From positions 103,348 to 167,347 of the forward strand of contig DATKVM010000002.1 of NCBI GenBank assembly GCA_035530075.1: a DNA stretch of 64,000 bases, in the 5' to 3' direction. Within the stretch, counting starts at the first letter, position 1. Every line of letters begins with the position of its first letter. Made by a program: the position numbers and the translations under genes. Below the pieces are notes generated by a model, which was given only the letters and a program-made list of their open reading frames with translations, had not been told where the DNA came from and ran no database searches. Below are positions 57,542-64,000 of this stretch, piece after piece. The DNA is from Patescibacteria group bacterium (GTDB lineage Bacteria; Patescibacteriota; Microgenomatia; UM-FILTER-40-11).

Positions 57542-58279
57542 CTATCTACTAACTACTTTTTCTTTAAGCACCAGGAAGGGAAAAACCACTACCGCATTCC
57601 AAACCCTTTTCCAGTGTCCGGGGCGCTGTAATCCCCGCCAAAGCCATTCTAAACCTAATTGACGCATCTTGGCCGGAGCGCGCTCCGTAAAACCAGTGAG
57701 AAAGTCTAAGCCCCCACCGATCCCCAGAAAAACCGCTGCCTTTATTTTGCCTCTATTTTTCATAATCCAGCGCTCCTGTTTACCCATTCCCTGACAAGCC
57801 AAAACCATTTCAAATCTCAAATCTCTAATTTCTAATTTCGGCTTATCGAGATTAACGGCCGTTAACCCCGGATACCTTATTTCTAGCCTTTTAATTAATT
57901 CTTCTGCCTCGCTCTCCTCTCCCCGGCGGGCACCGGCTATTCCCACGGCCCATTTTTCTTTATTGCCAATCGAAAGCAGCTTCGCGACTAAGTCGGCGCC
58001 AGAAATTCTTTCGGGCAATGGCTGGCCGAGAAATTTGGATAACCATATCAGACCGAATCCATCGGCAACGTTAAGATCGGACTGATTAAGAAGCTGACGA
58101 AAGGTCTCGTCACCGTTAGCAGCGACTAAGAACTCCGAATTGGGGGTAAAAACCACTCTCCTTTCTGGCCTCGGTTTAGCCACAAAACTTAGAATTTCGC
58201 TTAGCACTTCGACAAGCTCAGTGCTATTTATTCTTACTTTTAAAATCACGGCGATATTTCGGCTCATTCTTACTGTCAT
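57542..58279 (-). CDS. WecB/TagA/CpsF glycosyltransferase
   Basis: FTPNSE, ADGFGL, ERISGADL, GKQERW, GIGGGLDF, GLEWLWR. Confidence 0.92.
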   Translation of the reverse strand: MTVRMSRNIAVILKVRINSTELVEVLSEILSFVAKPRPERRVVFTPNSEFLVAANGDETFRQLLNQSDLNVADGFGLIWLSKFLGQPLPERISGADLVAKLLSIGNKEKWAVGIAGARRGEESEAEELIKRLEIRYPGLTAVNLDKPKLEIRDLRFEMVLACQGMGKQERWIMKNRGKIKAAVFLGIGGGLDFLTGFTERAPAKMRQLGLEWLWRGLQRPGHWKRVWNAVVVFPFLVLKEKVVSR

Positions 58280-58702
58280 TTTTTAAGTTTGAATTCGGTT
58301 TTTGATCAAAAATTAGCAATTTTAAAATTTGCTGGTCATTTTAAATCAAATTTTCGATTATTTCTTGGTTATTTTTGGCTACTTTCTCAAAATTTTTTAA
58401 ATTTTTTTGCCCAAATTTCACTCTCTCCCCTATCCAATTACTACAAGATAGATATAATAAAAAGAGAGGTTTGCTTTTTCATTCTTTCGGGCAATTCTTT
58501 TACTCGGCGTATTCTCGCATAGATTTTCTTTTTGGCTCCCAAAACCCTTTATTTTTCCTCTTAACATCTATCGGATTTTCGACATCTCAACTACAGGTCT
58601 ATATTCCCCCGGCAGAATTTTCACAAGTAAGCTGTGCTCTTGTGAAACAATAAACATTAGGATTTCTCAAAAAACTTTTAGTCAAAGGGCTCTTCTTCTC
58701 CT

Positions 58703-58792
58703 CTATTTCCGAGTAATCGACCTTTTCATCAATCACTTCCTCGTGATTGATCGCTTCATCAATTACTTTCTTGTAATTGATCTTTTATAAAG
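58703..58792 (-). repeat. three tandem 30-bp units each encoding xxKRSITRK* (first is the mreB end)
   Basis: ctt tat aaa aga tca att aca aga aag taa / ttg atg aag cga tca atc acg agg aag tga / ttg atg aaa agg tcg att act cgg aaa tag. Confidence 0.9.
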
Positions 58793-59767
58793 CTCAATGT
58801 TCTCCAGGGCAATTCCTGTCCCTTTAACGACACAAAAAAGCGGGTCTTCCGCCACATGACAGGAAACCCCTAATTCTTGAGTCAGGAATTTGTCAAAATT
58901 GCGCAGCTGGCTAGTACCGCCGCTCATCACAATTCCCTTATCGATAATATCAGAGCTTAATTCGGGCGCTGTCTCCTCCAAGACTTCTTTGATCATGGCG
59001 GTAATGGCATTTAAAGCCGGTTTCATGGCCTCGGTAACTTCATGAGAAGAAAAGGTGATAATTTTGGGTAAACCCAACAAAGAATCCCGGCCTTTCACTT
59101 CCAAGCTTTCTTCTTTATTGAGAGGCAGGGCCGAACCGATTTTAATTTTGATTTCCTCAGCCGTTTGTTCACCAACGACAATGTTGTGCTTGCGACGCAA
59201 AAAGGAAGCAATCGCCTCGTCAATTCTGTTTCCCGCTACCCGAACGCTTTTATGGACAACCACTCCGCCCAAAGAAATAACCGCGGCTTCCGAAGCTCCG
59301 CCTCCCATATCCAAAACCAGATTGCCGGAAGCTTGAGCAATAGGAATTTTGGCGCCAATAGCGGCCGCCAAAGGTTCGTCAATAAGATAAGCGACTCGCG
59401 CGCCCGCCGAAAGAGTCGCATCCAAAACTGCCCGTCTTTCCACCTGGGTCACTCCGACTGGAGTGCAAATCATCACTTCCGGCTTCAAAAGCCAAATTCT
59501 GCCACAAACTTTTTGAATAAAATAGCGCAAAAGGGCTTCGGTAACTTCATAGTCAGCAATGACTCCTTCCCGCAGTGGTCGCAAAGCGCTGATATTACCA
59601 GGAGTCCGACCAAGCATCTGCTTGGCTTCATTTCCCACGGCCAAAACCCGTTTATCTTCAGCGGAAATAGCGACGACCGTCGGTTCATCAAGAACAATTC
59701 CCTTCCCTACCAACCAAATAACAGTGTTGGCGGTCCCCAAGTCAATGGCAAGTTGCTTGCTCAACAT
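58763..59767 (-). CDS. mreB: rod shape-determining protein MreB/Mbl (second copy)
   Basis: AIDLGTANT, RPLREGVIADY, EPLAAAIGA, DMGGG; start at MLSKQ (59767). Confidence 0.93.
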   Translation of the reverse strand: MLSKQLAIDLGTANTVIWLVGKGIVLDEPTVVAISAEDKRVLAVGNEAKQMLGRTPGNISALRPLREGVIADYEVTEALLRYFIQKVCGRIWLLKPEVMICTPVGVTQVERRAVLDATLSAGARVAYLIDEPLAAAIGAKIPIAQASGNLVLDMGGGASEAAVISLGGVVVHKSVRVAGNRIDEAIASFLRRKHNIVVGEQTAEEIKIKIGSALPLNKEESLEVKGRDSLLGLPKIITFSSHEVTEAMKPALNAITAMIKEVLEETAPELSSDIIDKGIVMSGGTSQLRNFDKFLTQELGVSCHVAEDPLFCVVKGTGIALENIELYKRSITRK

Positions 59768-60000
59768 GATATCTTTTGATAAATAAAGTCCATAGTATGT
59801 TCTATTCTCAAAATCTTTCTTAAAATCATTATAAGTGCTAAATACTCTAATTTGCAATTTCTTATTGTCCTAAATGTGTTTCAGGTAAGAAATCGCCAAA
59901 ATTGTAGATTCTGAAAAGATAAGTATACATTTTAACTTAGTTCGACAAGAGAAATTTTTCTTCTTGCATTAGTTTGGTTGACATCGTTACAATTCTATAG

Positions 60001-62295
60001 ATGGTCGAGAAAATGAGAAAAAACTCTTGCCAAGGCGCAATTCCTTTCATACCCCTAATAGTCATCGCAGTTGTTCTGGTTGTCATCCCAGCCACCGTCA
60101 AACTAGTCCAAGAAAGACAAAAAACTAGCCCCGAAGCTACAGGAGAAATTTGTCCTCAGGCTGGAGCTTCTTGCAGCGATACCTACCCAGAAAGCTGTAA
60201 CAATGGCACCGGAACAAGGATCTGTCATAAGAGTGGTACTTGTTCCGGAGTCGGAGGAGGAGTAAGGTGCTCTTGGGGACCAGGCTCTTATTGCGAAAAC
60301 TGTAGCAGTGGTGGACCAACTGTCCCTCCTTATGCTACGCCCACCCCTCGACCACAACCAACCGCTACCCCCATACCCACCTCTTCTCCAACTTGTAGAG
60401 GAAGCGGTTCTTATTGTGGAGCCGGAGGAAACTGTTGTCCGGGACTTGAATGTCATGGATATGCACAAGTTTGTGTTCCCATTCCCACCAGTACTCCCAA
60501 ATCACAACCAACCGCTACCCCCATACCCACCTCTTCTCCAACGTTAGATTGTCCGTATACTGGACTGTCTGTTTGCAAAATCGCTTGTGGCACGACTACA
60601 TGTGATATCCTCAATGGTTGCTATGTTTGCCCAAATCTGATTCCACCAACCACTCCCATTCCTCCAACCGCCACTCCTAAGCCAATAAACACTCCCGTTC
60701 CTCATGAATGTAGTCGGGCAGAAGATTGTGCTGGCAGTGGCAGATGCAACCTGTCTTGTTCAGGTTGGCCAAGAAAGTGCTCCTGGACGGCTTGTCCAAT
60801 CATACCTACTCTCCCTCCTCAAACTTGTTCCAACCCTGCCGCCAACCCTGGGTCTAAAACTTGCAAAGACAACGATGTCTATATTTGTAAATCCCAATAC
60901 GGAAGTGTTTTTTGGGATATTTATCAAGACTGTGGCCCAAGAGGCTGCAGTAATGGTGTTTGCAACCCGACTCTTGTCAGTACTCCCAAGCCACAACCGA
61001 CCGCCACCCTAATCCCCCAAACTTGTCGGGATTCGAGGGAATATTGTGGAGATGGAACTCCTTGTTGTCCAGGATTTTCTTGCCAAGGCCTCTACTGTCT
61101 AACCGCTTCTACTAACCCTACTCCAACCACTACCTCCTGCACTTATTCTACCCAAAACCTCTGTAGACAAGCCTGCTGGACATCCTGTTCGTATACCGAC
61201 GGCTGTTGGAATTGTCCTGAGAATATTCCTATCCAGAACCCCACTCCCACCTCCGGCACTTTCCACGGCTGCAAGAATCCTGACGCAAAGCCTGGAGAAA
61301 AAACCTGCAAAGACAACGATGTCTATACTTGTAAAAGTTTCGTTGGATTATATTTTTGGGAAATCTACGAAAACTGCCTGGGACAGGGGTGCAATAAAAA
61401 CAGTTGTAACTCACCCGCATCTTCCCCGGAAAACACCTGTTTTTCCCCCTCTAAGTGTGTCCCTAAAACAGTTGGATGTGGAATGTTAGGTAAAGAAACT
61501 GAAGACAAGAACTGCGGCAATCCTAACTATACTTGTTGCGGTAAATTGACCGAACCTCCACAACCTTCGCCCACCCCAACATTGGCCCTTGCGCCCACAG
61601 TAACTCTGGTTCCGACAAGAGTCTCCCAACCTACGATTCCTTATTTGTTTACTTCCACTCAAGAGACTGCAGACTTACTAGAGGTAACCAAACAATTCAA
61701 TGCTGCCAAAAATAGCAATATCACTATCATTCTTGTTGGTCCAAACTCAACTGCCGAGAATGATAAAAAAATTTATGAATTCTTAAACGCTCATGACTGG
61801 GTCGCTATGACTCACGAAGATCTTCCTATAACAAGGAATTACAGTTGCGCTCCTCAATGCCAATTCTGGAATGTAGAGAAGTTAACCACGGCAGGATATT
61901 ACGATAAAGGAACAATTGCTGCTGTTTTTAACCATGAGGCTGTTCATAATCGTCAAGCCACAAATGATCCGTATTTAGCGGAACATGTCAGAGAAGGACC
62001 AGACAAATTTGTCTATCAAGCACTTATCGAAGGAGAAGCAGAGGAATCTGGCTGGGAAGTAGGTGGCCAACACTATACCCTATACCGCCAGTTCCATGAG
62101 GAAGTCAGTGTTTGGGCAAAAAACAAGGGGTTGGAAGACTTGTTCCAAAATGCCGCCAATGGGCACTGGGGAGACTTTCAAAAACTAAAATCTAAATATT
62201 TCGAGACAGAGGGCCATAGTTTGACAGAGCTTGTGAAATACCGATGCGATAGTCTTGCCCAAAACCAAAGAGGCGAACACAAAAATTGTATCTAA
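60001..62295 (+). CDS. membrane-anchored Cys-rich, Pro/Thr-linker surface protein with C-terminal HExxH metallopeptidase-like domain
   Basis: N-terminal TM, repeated Cys modules, FNHEAVH..IEGEAE. Confidence 0.75.
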   Translation: MVEKMRKNSCQGAIPFIPLIVIAVVLVVIPATVKLVQERQKTSPEATGEICPQAGASCSDTYPESCNNGTGTRICHKSGTCSGVGGGVRCSWGPGSYCENCSSGGPTVPPYATPTPRPQPTATPIPTSSPTCRGSGSYCGAGGNCCPGLECHGYAQVCVPIPTSTPKSQPTATPIPTSSPTLDCPYTGLSVCKIACGTTTCDILNGCYVCPNLIPPTTPIPPTATPKPINTPVPHECSRAEDCAGSGRCNLSCSGWPRKCSWTACPIIPTLPPQTCSNPAANPGSKTCKDNDVYICKSQYGSVFWDIYQDCGPRGCSNGVCNPTLVSTPKPQPTATLIPQTCRDSREYCGDGTPCCPGFSCQGLYCLTASTNPTPTTTSCTYSTQNLCRQACWTSCSYTDGCWNCPENIPIQNPTPTSGTFHGCKNPDAKPGEKTCKDNDVYTCKSFVGLYFWEIYENCLGQGCNKNSCNSPASSPENTCFSPSKCVPKTVGCGMLGKETEDKNCGNPNYTCCGKLTEPPQPSPTPTLALAPTVTLVPTRVSQPTIPYLFTSTQETADLLEVTKQFNAAKNSNITIILVGPNSTAENDKKIYEFLNAHDWVAMTHEDLPITRNYSCAPQCQFWNVEKLTTAGYYDKGTIAAVFNHEAVHNRQATNDPYLAEHVREGPDKFVYQALIEGEAEESGWEVGGQHYTLYRQFHEEVSVWAKNKGLEDLFQNAANGHWGDFQKLKSKYFETEGHSLTELVKYRCDSLAQNQRGEHKNCI

Positions 62296-62801
62296 AAACC
62301 TATAAAGAAAGGGGGTGGCAATTGAGCGGATCAACTTATCAATCTGACCAAATGGTGGTTGTATCTACAGGCGAAGCAGAAAAGATAAGAAAGAATTATC
62401 ATTTCCAAAAAAAACTTAAAATATTTTTTCTATTTCTGATTTGCTCTCTTGTGTTGTCTCTGGCATCTTTTTACATACTTAAAAAAAGTAACAAACTTAG
62501 TCTAAAAATCCCTTCGATTCAGTTTTCTAATACTGATGGCTTAAAAATAATTAACTTTAATGAAGTGGGTTATTTAGAAATGCAAGGACTGATTGGGGGC
62601 TGGAGTTTTTCTTACGGCCAAAACATCGCAAACCCCGACAGATCCGTGGATCTCACCTTCTCTGCTAAATCAGTTTGCATTGTTAACCAGGAAGAAAAAT
62701 TGTGCAATCAAGCTAAACTAGAACATGGACTTAAGATTAAGCTTCAAGGCACGATCAAAAAAGATATCGTGGAAGTTACAACAATCAAAACAATTGAATA
62801 A
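62286..62801 (+). CDS. single-TM hypothetical protein (start uncertain)
   Basis: TM helix followed by small beta-rich domain. Confidence 0.55.
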   Translation: MYLKTYKERGWQLSGSTYQSDQMVVVSTGEAEKIRKNYHFQKKLKIFFLFLICSLVLSLASFYILKKSNKLSLKIPSIQFSNTDGLKIINFNEVGYLEMQGLIGGWSFSYGQNIANPDRSVDLTFSAKSVCIVNQEEKLCNQAKLEHGLKIKLQGTIKKDIVEVTTIKTIE

Positions 62802-62841
62802 TCTTGCGTTCCAGCGGCCGGGAAAGATATAATTAAGGCCG

Positions 62842-64000
62842 ATGCCTAATTTTGCCAAATACCGATTGCAGTTTTTCTTTGCTATTCTTATTTTTGTCGT
62901 CTCGGGAACTTTCCTGGCCATCAAATTAGCCCAAGGCTATCGCCTTGACTTATCAAGTAAAACTTTTAGACCAACCGGGTTGCTAGTGACCACCTCCGTC
63001 CCTACTGGTGCTCAGGTTTTTATTGATGGAGAACTAAAAACCGCCACTAATAATACCTTCTCCCTCCCGCCTGGCAAATACTTAGTGGAAATCAAAAAGA
63101 ATGGCTTTCTGCCTTGGCAAAAGGAGTTAACCATTGAAAAGGAACTAGTTGCTCAAGCCGACGCTCTTTTATTTCCCCAAGTCCCCGATTTAAAGCCTTT
63201 AACTTTCCACGAGGCTGAAAATCCTCAATTCTCTCCCGACAGCAACAAAATAGTTTACAGCGTTCCTTTGCCTCAACCGGAAGCAGGACTTTGGGTAATG
63301 GACTTAACCGACTTTTTCTTTAATATTGGCCGTGAACCGCGACAAATCAGCCAGAGCTTCCCTCAAACTAAGGATTTTGGCAAAGCAGAATGTTTTTGGT
63401 CACCAGACTCAAAGCAAATTCTAGCCAGTTTTAATCAAACTAACGAAAAATATTTGTTGGATTCTGGGCAACTTAATTCAACAATTAGCTTAACTAATGT
63501 TGCCCTCTCCTGGTCGGCCACGGCTCAAAGTTGGCAAAAAGAAACTCAAGTCCGCCAGGAAGCTAAATTAAAAAAACTCCCGGAAAAAATGCAAGAAATT
63601 CTTAATACCGAGGCCGAAAAGATTACTTTTAGCCCTGATGGAACCAAAGTTCTCTATCTCGCCTCTGGTTCAGCCGAAATTCCTGAAAAGCTTATTCCTC
63701 CAGTTTTGGCCGCCTCTACCCAACCAGAATCACGCCAGTTGCAGACGAGAAAGGTTTATGTTTACGACTTAAAAGAAGATAAGAATTTCTTGATTCCCTT
63801 TACTCCCGCCATTCCTTCTCCCACCCCGAAACCCTTAAGGTCAGCGAAAACGCCTTCACCCACACCCACTCCCTTTTTACCGGATAATGATAGTCAATTC
63901 ACTTTCCCTCGCTGGTTTCCCACTAGCCGCCATCTTTACTGGATTGAAGGCGATAAGGTCGTGGCCTGTGAATATGATGGGGTTAATCTGACCCCAATTT
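62842..64000 (+). CDS. PEGA-domain protein with beta-propeller-like repeats (runs off the window)
   Basis: Manual translation MPNFAKYRLQFFFAIL..GYRLD..TGLLVTTSVPTGAQVFIDG..LPPGKYLVEIKKNGFLPW; FSPD/WSPD motifs; TATAAT 8 bp before ATG. Confidence 0.85.
   Translation, partial: MPNFAKYRLQFFFAILIFVVSGTFLAIKLAQGYRLDLSSKTFRPTGLLVTTSVPTGAQVFIDGELKTATNNTFSLPPGKYLVEIKKNGFLPWQKELTIEKELVAQADALLFPQVPDLKPLTFHEAENPQFSPDSNKIVYSVPLPQPEAGLWVMDLTDFFFNIGREPRQISQSFPQTKDFGKAECFWSPDSKQILASFNQTNEKYLLDSGQLNSTISLTNVALSWSATAQSWQKETQVRQEAKLKKLPEKMQEILNTEAEKITFSPDGTKVLYLASGSAEIPEKLIPPVLAASTQPESRQLQTRKVYVYDLKEDKNFLIPFTPAIPSPTPKPLRSAKTPSPTPTPFLPDNDSQFTFPRWFPTSRHLYWIEGDKVVACEYDGVNLTPI

Noticed and set aside
58280-58700. 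AT-rich gap as replication origin or gene
   Set aside because: No DnaA-box cluster (TTATCCACA) seen; the short + strand ORFs lack recognisable motifs or starts.
58703-58792. CRISPR array
   Set aside because: 30-bp units are contiguous with no spacers and vary at codon third positions; no cas genes.
1-64000. Alternative genetic code (TGA=Gly)
   Set aside because: Core genes are full length under code 11 and several end in TGA.

Overview
Chromosomal window of a small-genome bacterium; gene content and style (short EF-Ts, N-terminally extended L1, two mreB paralogs, VirB4/TraG-like ATPase, PEGA and Cys/Pro-Thr-rich surface proteins, sortase) suggest a Patescibacteria/CPR (Microgenomates-like) organism (inference). 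It carries many housekeeping genes (recR-ybaB-dnaX-ybeY, rpsU, rpsB-tsf-frr, dcd-thyX-tmk-glyA-folD, topA-dprA, mreBCD-pbp2, def-fmt, rpmB, rpmG, secE-nusG-rplKAJL), three tRNAs and interspersed accessory genes. No integrase, transposase, CRISPR array or rRNA was seen. The most unusual signals are: (1) displaced, synonymously recoded copies of gene ends (mreB C-terminus KRSITRK* three times in tandem, ybaB C-terminus duplicated around an inserted gene, a tRNA-Tyr nested inside another tRNA-Tyr); (2) two tandem ~150-nt structured ncRNAs resembling 6S RNA; (3) a repeated module of long helical-repeat membrane protein plus small acidic partner; (4) accessory membrane-protein genes sharing a boxA-like leader and 3' hairpin; (5) pervasive 7-9-nt tandem repeats and short palindromic elements inserted in frame into housekeeping proteins. 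All calls are by-eye motif recognition without database searches.
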